Shown here: positions 18,953 through 28,837 of the stretch, in pieces
Position numbering within the stretch: position 1 is the first letter of the stretch
How the letters are laid out: every line of letters starts with the position of its first letter
Assembly (NCBI GenBank): GCA_963799485.1
Contig: CAWCXJ010000004.1
Span: 96,001 to 160,000 of the forward strand
From: an uncultured Trueperaceae bacterium
Lineage (GTDB): Bacteria > Deinococcota > Deinococci > Deinococcales > Trueperaceae
Direction: 5' to 3'
Length of the DNA stretch: 64,000 bases
The notes under the pieces: generated by a model
Seen by the model: the letters and a program-made list of their open reading frames with translations, nothing else
What the model was told of the DNA's origin: nothing
Databases searched by the model: none
Translations under genes and position numbers: made by a program

Positions 18953-20047
18953 ATGCTGACAGCTATCGTCTTTTTGCTTGTTTTAACGGTATCGGTCGTG
19001 ATTCACGAGCTGGCGCACTACTTCAACGCCCGCAGCGTCGGCGTGCCGGTACGCGCCTTTAGCGTCGGGATGGGGCCGGTTTTACTCCGCAAACAGTGGC
19101 GCGGCACCGAATGGCGTTTGTCTTTGTTGCCGCTCGGCGGCTACGTCGATCTGCAAGGTCTGACACCCGAAGAAGCCGAGGGCGGCACCATGCGTTACCC
19201 CGTCGACGGTTTTATGCAGAAGAACTTCTGGCAAAAGGCGTGGGTGCTTATCGGCGGTGTGATTGCCAACTTTATCCTGGCGGTGCTGCTCTTGGCGTCG
19301 GTGATGACTATTGAACCTAATTCGTCGATTCGGGTGCTGGCAACCGGCGAAACCCCGGCGACCTCCGGAGCTGTGCTTCAGCGGATTCTGCCGGACAGCG
19401 CTGCAGCACGTTTTGGACTTCAAGCCGGAGATGAAGTTTTACGGCTCAACGGTCTGCAAAACCCGAGCGTAACCGAGGTGCAAGAGGTCATCCGCAACGC
19501 CGCCCAACTCAACCTGCTCGTTAAACGGGGCGATGAACAGGTGCGCGTCACCGAACCCTGGCCTCCTGAAGACGGTGCGGAAGTCCCTCAGCTAGGTGTG
19601 GCAATTGCGCCGGTTAGCGTCGAAAGCTTGCCGCCTATCGGTTTCGGCACGGCCCTTATCGAAACGACCGGGTTTCTTGTCCGCGTCGTTCCCGAGTCGG
19701 TCAGCGGGTTCGTGCGGGCATTCGGGCAAACCTTCGCCGGTCAGCGTAGCGCCGAGGTCGTCGGGCCGGTCGGGATGGTCGGGCTGGCGGGGCAGGCGGC
19801 GCAGGGCGGCTGGCTGGCTATCCTAACATTCGCGGGCCTGATCAATTTCTCACTCGCGCTTTTCAATCTCTTGCCGATTCCGGGGCTCGACGGCGGGCGC
19901 ATCTTGCTCGCGGCGGTGGTGGCGCTGCGCGGTCGTCCCTTCAAACCGGGGCAAGAAGAGTTCGTCAACTTCTTGGGTATCGCACTCCTGATGCTGTTCG
20001 TCGTACTCGTGAGTTTCGGTGAGGTGGGCGATTTGCTCCGCCGCTAG
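18953..20047 (+). CDS. rseP: M50 intramembrane zinc metalloprotease RseP with PDZ domain
   Basis: HELAH, FSVGMGP, NLLPIPGLDGG; follows dxr. Confidence 0.93.
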   Translation: MLTAIVFLLVLTVSVVIHELAHYFNARSVGVPVRAFSVGMGPVLLRKQWRGTEWRLSLLPLGGYVDLQGLTPEEAEGGTMRYPVDGFMQKNFWQKAWVLIGGVIANFILAVLLLASVMTIEPNSSIRVLATGETPATSGAVLQRILPDSAAARFGLQAGDEVLRLNGLQNPSVTEVQEVIRNAAQLNLLVKRGDEQVRVTEPWPPEDGAEVPQLGVAIAPVSVESLPPIGFGTALIETTGFLVRVVPESVSGFVRAFGQTFAGQRSAEVVGPVGMVGLAGQAAQGGWLAILTFAGLINFSLALFNLLPIPGLDGGRILLAAVVALRGRPFKPGQEEFVNFLGIALLMLFVVLVSFGEVGDLLRR

Positions 20048-20083
20048 TGCGCCTTTAGGTTAAGCTGCAGCGTGCTTTGCGAC

Positions 20084-20722
20084 ATGTCCCGGTGCGCCGT
20101 CCTGATTCCCGCCTATAACGAAGCGGCTCATGTGGGCCGGGTGGTCGAGGTGGCGCGCACGGTAGGGTGCGAGGTCTGGGTTATTGACGACGGCTCGAGC
20201 GACCTCACCGCCCAAACCGCCCGCGCTGCCGGGGCCGAGGTTTTGACCCTTCCGGAAAATCAGGGCAAAGGCGGCGCAGTCTTTGCCGGTGCAGCCCACG
20301 TAGATACCGACGTGGTGGTGCTTTTGGACGCCGACCTGCTGGGTCTGACGCCGCAGCATATCCGGGCGCTCGCTGAACCCGTGCTGTCGGGTCGCGCAAC
20401 GATGACGCGGGGCGTCTTCTCCGGCGGGCGCTGGCGCACGACGGCGGCGCAGCGGTTGACGCCGCAGCTCAACGGACAGCGGGCGGTGTTGAGAGAAAAG
20501 CTTCTGGAGGCCGAAGGTCTAGCCGAAAGCCGTTACGGGCTCGAGATTGCCATCACCGAACACGCCAAACGCGCAGGCTGGTGCGTTTTGGATGTGCCGC
20601 TTGGGGGTGTGTCGCAAGTCATGAAAGAAGAAAAACGCGGGTTTTGGGTCGGGTCGGGTGTGCGCCTCAAGATGTACGCGGAGATTTTTTTGGAGCTGTT
20701 CCGGGGCTGGGCGAGACGCTAG
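20084..20722 (+). CDS. Glycosyltransferase family 2
   Basis: IPAYNE, DDGSSD, GKGGA, LDADL. Confidence 0.88.
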   Translation: MSRCAVLIPAYNEAAHVGRVVEVARTVGCEVWVIDDGSSDLTAQTARAAGAEVLTLPENQGKGGAVFAGAAHVDTDVVVLLDADLLGLTPQHIRALAEPVLSGRATMTRGVFSGGRWRTTAAQRLTPQLNGQRAVLREKLLEAEGLAESRYGLEIAITEHAKRAGWCVLDVPLGGVSQVMKEEKRGFWVGSGVRLKMYAEIFLELFRGWARR

Positions 20723-20762
20723 GTTTGGCTGACCGCGCTTTAGGTAGCGTTACACTGAAAAT

Positions 20763-21386
20763 ATGCTGGACGTTCAAACGCTTACTGTCGGGCCGCTGCA
20801 AGAAAACTGCTACCTGCTTTCCGATTCTGAAACGCACCAAGCTGTGCTGATAGACCCCGGAGACGAACCACAACGACTTATGGCTGCTTTAGACGGGCTC
20901 GAGCTGACTGCCGTCTGGCTGACCCACGCGCACTTCGACCATATCGGGGCGCTCGCCGAAGTCCACCGGCAGTTTCCGGTACCGGTTTACCTGCACGAAA
21001 ACGACCGTGAGCTTTTTGAACATGCCGCCGAGAGTGCCGCGTTTTTCGGGATTAGGCTCGAGCAACCCGCCCTGGAAACATTGCCCCTAAACCAAGGCCA
21101 GACTCTGAGCTTAGGCGCGCACGAGGCGACCTGCCTGTTTACCCCCGGTCACGCGCCCGGACACACGGCGTTTTATCTGCCCAGGCAAAACCTCGTCTTT
21201 GCCGGTGACGCTCTCTTTCAAGGTTCCGTCGGGCGCACCGACCTGCCGGGGGGCGACCCCGCGCAGCTGCTGGCGAGTGTCCGCCGTGAACTTTTAACGT
21301 TGCCGGACAAGACCATCGTTTTACCGGGTCACGGCCCGGCAACGACGATTGGCATAGAGCGGCGGATGAATCCGTTTTTGCGGTGA
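20763..21386 (+). CDS. MBL-fold metallo-hydrolase (glyoxalase II-like)
   Basis: THAHFDHIG, PGHAPGH, GDALF, PGHG. Confidence 0.92.
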   Translation: MLDVQTLTVGPLQENCYLLSDSETHQAVLIDPGDEPQRLMAALDGLELTAVWLTHAHFDHIGALAEVHRQFPVPVYLHENDRELFEHAAESAAFFGIRLEQPALETLPLNQGQTLSLGAHEATCLFTPGHAPGHTAFYLPRQNLVFAGDALFQGSVGRTDLPGGDPAQLLASVRRELLTLPDKTIVLPGHGPATTIGIERRMNPFLR

Positions 21387-21409
21387 GGTAACGCAGACGG
21401 TAAGCAGCT

Positions 21410-22537
21410 TTACAGCGCGAGCACGTCCGGCCTCGTTCTGCCACCTACTTCTACGCTCGGCCAGTCGGGGTCGGTAGTCAGGGTCTCGAGCGTATCCTCC
21501 TGCAACAACACCGTATCCTCGACCTTGAGCCCCGGTAACGACGGATTCCAGGCGTAGGCGCTGCCCTCGACCAGCATCTTTTCGCCTCCCTGTTGCAGCA
21601 GCCAGTCGCGCGTTTCGTAGCCGCACGCACCGCCCTGATGGTGTTTCGTCCATTCGTTTTCAAACCCGGCGGTTTTGTAAGCGCTCTGCATCTCGGAAAA
21701 GAGTTCACGGGTTAAAATGCCGTGCCGAGTGTAGTTAAATAGCGTATTCTCAACTTCTAATAGTTTGGTGTAGGCGTCCCTGACCTCACCCTCGAGCTTG
21801 CCAGCCGCGACGAACCGCGTGAGGTTGGCGTACAACCCATCACGCCGCGCACAGGCGACGACCATCACCCGGTTGTGAAAGATGTTCTGTGCCGGGAGCG
21901 GGTGCTTGTAACGCCGTAAACGTTCGTCGGCGGCAACTAGAATCAGCGCGGACTGCAGCCCGCGTTCGCGCAGCGCGTAGGCGACCTGCGCGGCAATCTC
22001 GTGTTCGCTCACGCCCGGTGTGAGCGTCGTCAGGGTTTGCGTAAAGGCTTGCGCCGCGTCTCGGCCCAGCGCCCGGTAGCGCCCGACTTCGCTTTCTGTA
22101 AGCGGAACGCGCAGAGGCCAGAAGTCCCTGACCGTTACCTTCTCCGTCACGCCGGTCAAAGCCGGTGTATCGGCAAAAACCTTGCCTGTCCCCAAAAGCT
22201 CTTTTAGGAGCACCGTTTTAGCCTCAGGCTCAAACCACGGATAGTAGAGCGCGTCCACACCGGGAGGGAAGGCTTCGCGCTCGAGTCTGTCCCGTTCAAC
22301 TTCCGACATCAGCACCACGACCTGTTGTTGCGTGACGACGGCCTCGGCGACGGGCGGGTCGGTAAACGATACGAGTGCGTCGCCGCCGCATAAAAGCCAC
22401 GCCAGGTTGCCCAATTTGCCCAGATGCACCGCTGAGACGTTGTTCGCCGCCATCATCTTGCGAAGACGCCCCAGTTTTGTCGTCAGTTCGGCCCGGCGTG
22501 CGTCTTCGGGATTGGCGGGTGCAGCAAAGTCAATCAT
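21410..22537 (-). CDS. M24-family (Xaa-Pro-like) peptidase
   Basis: YANLTR, HHQGG, AWNPS, KVEDT. Confidence 0.8.
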   Translation of the reverse strand: MIDFAAPANPEDARRAELTTKLGRLRKMMAANNVSAVHLGKLGNLAWLLCGGDALVSFTDPPVAEAVVTQQQVVVLMSEVERDRLEREAFPPGVDALYYPWFEPEAKTVLLKELLGTGKVFADTPALTGVTEKVTVRDFWPLRVPLTESEVGRYRALGRDAAQAFTQTLTTLTPGVSEHEIAAQVAYALRERGLQSALILVAADERLRRYKHPLPAQNIFHNRVMVVACARRDGLYANLTRFVAAGKLEGEVRDAYTKLLEVENTLFNYTRHGILTRELFSEMQSAYKTAGFENEWTKHHQGGACGYETRDWLLQQGGEKMLVEGSAYAWNPSLPGLKVEDTVLLQEDTLETLTTDPDWPSVEVGGRTRPDVLAL

Positions 22538-22552
22538 CTCAAACCTCGGTTT

Positions 22553-23209
22553 CTAGGCGCGCAAGATGTCGCCATCGTCGTCCAGTTGCGGAAAAGGTTG
22601 GCCCAAGGCTGCTAACTCGGCGGCCCTGCGCGGGTGCAAGTAGGTAAATACCCGGCGCTGCCGCTCGAGCTCACTCAGTTGGGGCGTACCGTAAAGGCCG
22701 GCCTCCAACCTCTGCCGCTGCGCTTCGAACAAAACGACTGCCGCTGCCACCGACACATTTAACGACTGCACCATACCCAGCATCGGGATGATGATATGCG
22801 CGTCCGCCAGCTCTGCCGCCTCGCCCGAAACACCGTGCTTTTCGTTGCCGAGCAAGATACAAGTCGGCTTCGTATAGTCCACCTTACGGTAATCGCGGGC
22901 GTGGCCTGAAAAATGTGCAGCCAACAGCTGCACCTCACCGAGTGCAGTCTTAACCTCCGAGAGCGAGGTGTGAACCCGAAGTTCGACCCATTTGTCGGCG
23001 CTCGCGCTTGTTTCGTTGTAGGTCGGCACGCCGCCTGTCGGATTGACCGCGTGGACGACTCCGATACCCACCGCGTCACAGCTTCTTAAAATAGCCGACA
23101 AGTTGTGCGGTTTATGAACATTTTCTGCTAGAACGCTCAGGTCAGGCTGGCGTTTTTCTAGCATTGCTGAAATCTTTTGATACCGTTCTTTCGTCACGCG
23201 CTCCAGCAT
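22553..23209 (-). CDS. trmH: tRNA (Gm18) 2'-O-methyltransferase
   Basis: HKPHNLSAILRSCDAVG, GNEKHG, IPMLGMVQSLNVSVA. Confidence 0.95.
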   Translation of the reverse strand: MLERVTKERYQKISAMLEKRQPDLSVLAENVHKPHNLSAILRSCDAVGIGVVHAVNPTGGVPTYNETSASADKWVELRVHTSLSEVKTALGEVQLLAAHFSGHARDYRKVDYTKPTCILLGNEKHGVSGEAAELADAHIIIPMLGMVQSLNVSVAAAVVLFEAQRQRLEAGLYGTPQLSELERQRRVFTYLHPRRAAELAALGQPFPQLDDDGDILRA

Positions 23210-23232
23210 ACGCCGCGCCGGACTGCTCGCGC

Positions 23233-23262
23233 TTGACACGCAACAAAGCCGCCCGGTATCAT
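23233..23262 (+). promoter_or_regulatory. Sigma70 promoter for tRNA-Leu
   Basis: TTGACA-18 bp-TATCAT ending 13 nt before the tRNA. Confidence 0.65.
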
Positions 23263-23275
23263 CAGCGTTGCACTT

Positions 23276-23363
23276 GCCGAGGTGGCGGAATAGGTAGACG
23301 CGCCAGCTTGAGGGGCTGGTCTCCGTTACGGAGGTAGGGGTTCAAGTCCCCTCCTCGGCACCA
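23276..23363 (+). tRNA. tRNA-Leu(GAG)
   Basis: GCCGAGG acceptor, CCAGC-TTGAGGG-GCTGG, long variable arm, GTTCAAGTCC, CCA end. Confidence 0.96.
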
Positions 23364-23368
23364 ATAAA

Positions 23369-23401
23369 GAGCAGGCCGACCACGAATCGGCCTGCTTTTT
23401 T
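23369..23401 (+). terminator. Rho-independent terminator after tRNA-Leu
   Basis: AGCAGGCCGA stem / TCGGCCTGCT followed by T tract. Confidence 0.85.
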
Positions 23402-23415
23402 GGCAGCTGGCACAG

Positions 23416-23441
23416 CTATAACCCCGCTAGCGGGGTTATAG
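23416..23441. repeat. Perfect 26-bp palindrome
   Basis: CTATAACCCCGCTAGCGGGGTTATAG equals its reverse complement. Confidence 0.9.
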
Positions 23442-23480
23442 GGCTTGACAGCGGTGGTCGGTACAGCTCGAGCCCTCAAC

Positions 23481-24770
23481 TCACGTGTAGATATCGTCAC
23501 GTGACGGCGGCAGCTTCACCCCGCCTGCCGCGTCGGGTTTAGCTAGCAAGCTCTGATGCAAAGCGATGTGACCGTAAGCAAACTGCAGCGCGGCGGCGCT
23601 CAGGTGAAAGCGTCTTAAGCGGGCGAACTCGGTTCCCACTTCGCCTACAATAGCCGACCAGTTCGCCTCGAGGTTGTGCGCCCATAGCCGCAGCGTCTTG
23701 GCGTAGTGCTCGCGGAGGTTTTCTACATCGCGTACTTCAAACCCCGTCTCCTCGGCGCTCTGGAGGCTCTGCCAGAGCGGAACGATGTCACCGTCGGGGA
23801 AGATGTAGCGCTGGGAGAGTTCGCCGGAGATGACCGTGCTAGGGACGTCGTGGGCGCGCGGGCCTTGCGAAATGGCGTGGTTGAGCATGAGCCCGCCCGG
23901 TTTAAGGTGCGTAAAGGCGGTTTTGAAGTAGTCCGGCAGGTTCCCCCGTCCGACGTGTTCAGCCATCCCAACGCTTACGATTTTGTCGAACCCACCTTCT
24001 AAGTCACGGTAGTGGCGCAGCTCGAGCTGAATTTTTCCGTCCAGACCGGCACGCTTTACACGGGCGTGAGCTTCGTCCAACTGCTTTTGCGAGAGCGTAA
24101 TGCCGACGACCTGCACGCCGTAGTTTTGGGCCGCGTAGAGGGCCAGCCCGCCCCAACCACAGCCGATATCGAGGAGCCGTTCGCCCGGCGTGAGGCGCAG
24201 TTTACGGCAGATAAGCTTGAGCTTGGCCGTTTGCGCCTCGCCCAAAGTCTCGTCGCCTTCCGGAAAGTAAGCACATGAGTAGACCAGCCGCTCGTCTAGG
24301 AGCAGTTCGTAAAAACGGTTGGACACGTCGTAGTGGTGCTGCACGGCCTGACGGTCGCGCTCCCGGCTGTGTTTGCGCCCGCGCAGTACCGCCCCGAGCG
24401 GGAGCGCACTGAGTCCCGTATGACGGCGCAACGTCGCCGCGTCCTGCGCCAGCCGTACCCAGTCGAGCGGCGAGAGCCGCAGCCCGAACGTCTCGATAAC
24501 TTCAAAGACGGCCTCGAGGTCACCTTCGATATCGAGATCTCCCCGGATATACGCCTCGCCTGCGGAGAGATCCAGGGGGGGCTCGAGTACCCGCCCCAAC
24601 GTGTCGCTCTCTCTAATGACTAGCGTGGCCCGTGGTGAGTCGGTGCTGCTTGGTAACACCGTTCCGTCCCAGAGGCGCACAGCGAAGGTGCGCTCCGGCG
24701 GCAACAGCGTACCGAGCAACCTCAAGGTCTGCGCCTTAACGTCTTCTTTAACCCCGGTTCTGCCCCACAT
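23481..24770 (-). CDS. cfa: Cyclopropane-fatty-acyl-phospholipid synthase family methyltransferase
   Basis: HHYDVSN, YSCAYF, LDIGCGWGG, SVGMAEHVG, YIFPDG, ENLREHYA. Confidence 0.88.
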   Translation of the reverse strand: MWGRTGVKEDVKAQTLRLLGTLLPPERTFAVRLWDGTVLPSSTDSPRATLVIRESDTLGRVLEPPLDLSAGEAYIRGDLDIEGDLEAVFEVIETFGLRLSPLDWVRLAQDAATLRRHTGLSALPLGAVLRGRKHSRERDRQAVQHHYDVSNRFYELLLDERLVYSCAYFPEGDETLGEAQTAKLKLICRKLRLTPGERLLDIGCGWGGLALYAAQNYGVQVVGITLSQKQLDEAHARVKRAGLDGKIQLELRHYRDLEGGFDKIVSVGMAEHVGRGNLPDYFKTAFTHLKPGGLMLNHAISQGPRAHDVPSTVISGELSQRYIFPDGDIVPLWQSLQSAEETGFEVRDVENLREHYAKTLRLWAHNLEANWSAIVGEVGTEFARLRRFHLSAAALQFAYGHIALHQSLLAKPDAAGGVKLPPSRDDIYT

Positions 24771-24898
24771 CGCTTTGCCCCCCTTACAGACATGCCCCGC
24801 TAAGCGGTGCCCCTATCATGCATCCGGGGGTCGTGAACGTCAAGTTGCGGGGCCAGCAGCTAGAGAGAGTCGGCGCAAACCTTTGACAAGCCTCGGCT

Positions 24899-24993
24899 AG
24901 GTTTGGCCCCTCGTTTAGGCAACAAAACGGGCTACAAATGGATGAAATTGCGCAACTTATCAAAGGTTTGGCCCCTCGTTTAGGTAACAAAAC
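24899..24993. repeat. Two 30-bp direct repeats separated by 35 bp
   Basis: AGGTTTGGCCCCTCGTTTAGGYAACAAAAC at 24899-24928 and 24964-24993 (1 mismatch). Confidence 0.9.
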
Positions 24994-25064
24994 CCGCCTC
25001 AGCCGCTCGCGTCGTTTTTTCCCAAGCTCGAGCCGCGCTACAAAAAAGAGCAAGATAAAGAGCT

Positions 25065-25290
25065 GTCAACTACCCACGACTAGCAGTCGCGGGCTTGTAG
25101 TTGAGGTGCAGCATGTGCCGACCCAGGCCCCATCCCCACCGCACTGGGCAAGTTGATGTTTGCCCGCGCTGCGATACTAACCGCAGCATTTTGATCGGCG
25201 TTAGCGGCATACCCGCACACCTGACAGAGAAAGACGGCTTGCGTTTGGTTACTTCGGGCAACGACGCAAGAATGCGCCTCCGACCGAGTG
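25065..25290 (-). mobile_element. tnpB: IS200/IS605 remnant: TnpB C-terminal fragment plus right end (omegaRNA region)
   Basis: TQAVFLCQVCGYAANADQNAAVSIAARA (Zn finger/RuvC-III) followed by hairpin CCCGCGACTGCTAGTCGTGGG and TAGTTGAC; left limit approximate. Confidence 0.8.
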
Positions 25291-25466
25291 AACCTTTTTG
25301 GTGAAGCAGTGAGGTAGGGGAAAAAGTCGAACCATAAGTCGGCGTGGACACTGGCGTCATGGGGCAAGTCTTTTCAAAAGCTCGGCAGACCCGCTAGAGC
25401 ACGCTTAGCGCGGGAGCACCAAGGAGATGAACCAAGACCAGTTCTCACTTGTCTTGGTAGGACTAC

Positions 25467-26078
25467 TCAGAGCGGTTTGACGACTACCCGGCGGTTTTTC
25501 CCCTCACCCGAAGATTCGCTTTCAACCTCAGGCTCGTCGGCTAAAGCCATGTGAATCACGCGGCGTTCGGCGGCGCTCATGGGCTCGAGTTCAACGGCAA
25601 ACCCTGTTTTACGCGCCCGCGCCGCAGCTTTGAGGGCGACGCCGCGCAGCCGTTCATCGCGGCGCGCCTTGTACCCGCCGACATCGACCGAGACCCGCAC
25701 GTGCGCCGCCTCATCTTTATTGACGACGGCGTTGGTGAGGTATTCCAAGGCCGCCAGCGTTCGGCCTCCCCGCCCGATGATCTTGCCCGAGTCGCCGCCG
25801 TAGATGTCGGCTTGCAGCCCTCCTTCAACCTCACGCACTTCAGCCGCGTAAGCAGGGTCCAAGTTGAGAAGCAAGTTGACCAAAAACGATTCGCAACGTT
25901 CGGCGTACCCTTCGCCGGCGATGAGCGGCGCTGACGCAGTTTCGCTGACGACCTCATCATCCGGTTGAGGTTCGGTAGCCTGGTGCGGTGGCGCAGACGA
26001 TGGTTCGTCCTCACCGGTAGCGATGCCGAGGTCGCTTAAGTATTTATCGAGATCGTTGGTCGTATCGTCTTCAGCCAC
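25467..26078 (-). CDS. jag: Jag/EloR KH-R3H RNA-binding protein
   Basis: IIGRGGRTL KH motif, ERRVIH R3H motif; start moved to GTG 26078. Confidence 0.9.
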   Translation of the reverse strand: MAEDDTTNDLDKYLSDLGIATGEDEPSSAPPHQATEPQPDDEVVSETASAPLIAGEGYAERCESFLVNLLLNLDPAYAAEVREVEGGLQADIYGGDSGKIIGRGGRTLAALEYLTNAVVNKDEAAHVRVSVDVGGYKARRDERLRGVALKAAARARKTGFAVELEPMSAAERRVIHMALADEPEVESESSGEGKNRRVVVKPL

Positions 26079-26086
26079 GGCGCACG

Positions 26087-27766
26087 CTATTTCGCCTTCG
26101 CTTTTTTCGGCTTGGTCTTCGCCTGGGTATTCTTGGTGGCTTTTACTTTTTTCGAGTCGGCTTTGACCGCTGCGGGGGTCGGTACGGGCGTAAGCCCGGT
26201 TGCTGCGACCGGCGTCGGTGAAGAGAATGAACGCTGAATCAAAAATTGCTGAATGACCTGAACGAGCATCGAGGTGATCAGGTAGAGCGTCACGCCTGCC
26301 GGAAACGTAAAGGCGAAAAAGACGAAGACACCGCTGATAAGAAGCTGCTGCTGCAACGTCTGCCGGTTGCCCTTGGATGAAACAAACGCCTGCGCGACCA
26401 TGATGCCGACGTAAATAATCGGTAACAGGTAGATAGGATCGTTGAGGCCCAAGTCGGGAATCCAAAGAAAACCCTCGTTAAACTCGAAGTTGATAAAGAC
26501 GCGCCACAAGATGATAAAGATCGGCATCTGCACCACTGCCGGTAAGCAGCCCCCCGCCGGATTGACGCCCGCCTCTTTATAGAGCGCCATCGTCTCCTGG
26601 GTGAGTTTTTCGCGGTCGTCTTTGTATTTGGTCTGCAGCTCTTTAATCTTGGGTTGGATGTTCTGCATTCCGACCATCGACTTCATCTGGACGTGAATTA
26701 GCGGCCACACCAGCAGGCGGAACAGCAGGGTCAAGAGGATAATCGACAGACCCCACGAACCGACAAAGCCGTGAATCGCCTGCAATACGACGATAATACC
26801 GAGTGACAGGCGGCCCAAGATATTGGGCTTAAACAGGCCGGGGTACTCGAGATACCCCTCTTGCAAAAAGCGCACCATCTCGTTGGGACCTGAGTAGGCT
26901 TGCAGCGCGAGCTTCACAGCCGCGTTTGCGCCCGCCCCGAGCGTTTTACCCAGCGCAATCTGCGTTCCCGACAGGGGTGTGGCTATAAGCGCGTCGCCGC
27001 CCGAACCTTCGGCGTTCGGGTTGGGCCGTAAGACAATAGCCTGCCCCCGGTTTTGGTTGTTGCTCTGCAGCGAGATATAAGCCGGGTTTGTCACCGGTTG
27101 CTGCGGCGGGTTGAGCGTAAACGTCTCACCCTGCCCCACCTTGAGCGTCGGGGTAGCTTGCTGCGCAATTCCCGGGTAGGCGAGCTGTACGAGCGCCGGG
27201 TTTTGGGCGGCAGCGGTTCGCTGCACGTCGAGCGAGACGCTGAGCGAGTTTCTTACGGCGCTGACCAGGACCGTCTTTTCGACCTGCAAACCGTCCACGC
27301 GGTAGCTGAAGGTACCCTCGAGCGCCTCTGCGTCGCCGGAAGTGGTTTCGCGCCAGCTCGAGGTGGCGTTTTTCGGCACCGCGTACGCGCCGTCTACCAG
27401 GAGCGCCCCACCGGGGAGACTCGAGCTTGGTGGAATCAGGTTTTGCCTACCGTCTAGGGCGTAGTTACCGTTGAAATCCTGACCGCGCTGCTGTTTATTG
27501 TAGAGCGCCAAGACTTCGCCGCTCTCGCTAAGCACGTAGTCCAACCCTTTAGACGTGATGAGTTTAAGCGGAGCGTCGCGGTAGCTGCACCAGAACGAAC
27601 CCTCGGCAGCGCCGCCGCTAGCCGGACACAGCTCATCTAAAAGCTCAGGATTGCGAAAGTCGGAAACGCTAAAGTCGCGGATACCAAAAGTTACGCGGGC
27701 GAAAGCTGCCGCCGAAAAGCCCAATAGAAGGCTGAAGGCGACGAGTAAACATGACTTACGGTTCAA
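26087..27766 (-). CDS. yidC: Membrane protein insertase YidC
   Basis: [32 protein letters not shown] start with GGAGG RBS. Confidence 0.95.
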   Translation of the reverse strand: MNRKSCLLVAFSLLLGFSAAAFARVTFGIRDFSVSDFRNPELLDELCPASGGAAEGSFWCSYRDAPLKLITSKGLDYVLSESGEVLALYNKQQRGQDFNGNYALDGRQNLIPPSSSLPGGALLVDGAYAVPKNATSSWRETTSGDAEALEGTFSYRVDGLQVEKTVLVSAVRNSLSVSLDVQRTAAAQNPALVQLAYPGIAQQATPTLKVGQGETFTLNPPQQPVTNPAYISLQSNNQNRGQAIVLRPNPNAEGSGGDALIATPLSGTQIALGKTLGAGANAAVKLALQAYSGPNEMVRFLQEGYLEYPGLFKPNILGRLSLGIIVVLQAIHGFVGSWGLSIILLTLLFRLLVWPLIHVQMKSMVGMQNIQPKIKELQTKYKDDREKLTQETMALYKEAGVNPAGGCLPAVVQMPIFIILWRVFINFEFNEGFLWIPDLGLNDPIYLLPIIYVGIMVAQAFVSSKGNRQTLQQQLLISGVFVFFAFTFPAGVTLYLITSMLVQVIQQFLIQRSFSSPTPVAATGLTPVPTPAAVKADSKKVKATKNTQAKTKPKKAKAK

Positions 27767-28037
27767 GATGCCTCCGAAGGGCTGGGGGAACAGGGTCAAA
27801 GCCGCCCGGATGAAACGGCTGGCATTTTAAGAGGCGCACGGTTGCGAGAAACAGGCCGTAAAAAACGCCGTGAATACGGATAGCCTGAACTGCGTAGTGG
27901 CTGCAGGTAGGGGCGAAGCGGCAGCTCGGCGAGGCTTTGAGCGGCGACAAGAAGCGGCGGTAAAAATAGATAGGAGCCAGCACAATATGTTGCGCCAGGC
28001 TCAACTTTTGTGTTTGTTTTGTAACAGCCGGTTCCAT
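27756..28037 (-). CDS. yidD: Membrane protein insertion efficiency factor
   Basis: [23 protein letters not shown]. Confidence 0.93.
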   Translation of the reverse strand: MEPAVTKQTQKLSLAQHIVLAPIYFYRRFLSPLKASPSCRFAPTCSHYAVQAIRIHGVFYGLFLATVRLLKCQPFHPGGFDPVPPALRRHLEP

Positions 28038-28087
28038 AACGCCTGATTTCGTAGCTGACGTTGCAGCGTGTTTTATGATACCTGACT

Positions 28088-28417
28088 TCACAGCGCGTGG
28101 CCTTTGTGCAGAGCGTGCTCGAGCGCCCCCTTGAGCTGCCAATAGTCCGCAGTAGCGGCTTCGGGTCTGGCAATGACAACGAGTTCAAACGCATAGGCGT
28201 CTTCGCCCGCCAGGATAGCCCTGAGACCTTCTTTGAGGCGGCGGCGTACCCGGTTACGCACGACCGCGTTGCCGACCTTTTTGCTGACGACAATGCCGAC
28301 GTGAATGCCCTCACGTGCCGGACGCCAGCGCAGACTCAGGAGCCGTGCGTACCCGGCTTTACCCCGGCGCAGCCGCCTGAAGGCGCGGTCACCCTTGAGC
28401 GATTGGATGACCGGCAC
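28088..28417 (-). CDS. rnpA: Ribonuclease P protein component
   Basis: [21 protein letters not shown]. Confidence 0.95.
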   Translation of the reverse strand: MPVIQSLKGDRAFRRLRRGKAGYARLLSLRWRPAREGIHVGIVVSKKVGNAVVRNRVRRRLKEGLRAILAGEDAYAFELVVIARPEAATADYWQLKGALEHALHKGHAL

Positions 28418-28421
28418 AGCA

Positions 28422-28565
28422 CTATTCGTCGGAAACGGAGAGTTTGGTACGGCCTTTGGCGCGGCGGCGGCGGATGACGTTGCGGCCCCCGGGGGTCTGC
28501 ATACGGACGCGAAAGCCGTGTGTTTTGGCGCGTTTGCGCTTGTTCGGTTGATATGTGCGTTTCAT
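28422..28565 (-). CDS. rpmH: 50S ribosomal protein L34
   Basis: Hand translation [47 protein letters not shown]; below the ORF track size cutoff. Confidence 0.97.
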   Translation of the reverse strand: MKRTYQPNKRKRAKTHGFRVRMQTPGGRNVIRRRRAKGRTKLSVSDE

Positions 28566-28837
28566 GTAGCTCCTTCACAACTTGGGGCGGCACAAGTCGG
28601 CTTTGCCGCACCGTTACAAGACGTAAAAGCATATCACAGATGGCTGCGGCTGTGCTAGCTGCGCCGGCGCGTTTGGCTTAATGCTGCCCTCACCAAACTT
28701 CCGCAAGCTCAAATCAGTCGGACTTGCCCTGCAGCACGCCGATTCTCACTCTTGGCGGCTTGCCGGTACCCGCAGCGCAGCCAGACTAGAGGAACCCCGC
28801 CACCGTAAAACACCCGCCGGTGGTATAGTGCCGCGCT

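Noticed and set aside
24899..24993. Calling this a bona fide CRISPR array
   Set aside because: Only two repeats, no leader and no cas genes; kept as a repeat and a finding
26079..26465. 332-aa version of jag in the ORF track
   Set aside because: The N-terminal part overlaps yidC out of frame; GTG 26078 is the more plausible start
26637..26651. AGCTCTTTAATCTTG in yidC resembles the putative TnpB guide
   Set aside because: Only 9 contiguous matches, expected by chance in 64 kb, and no TTGAC-like TAM beside it
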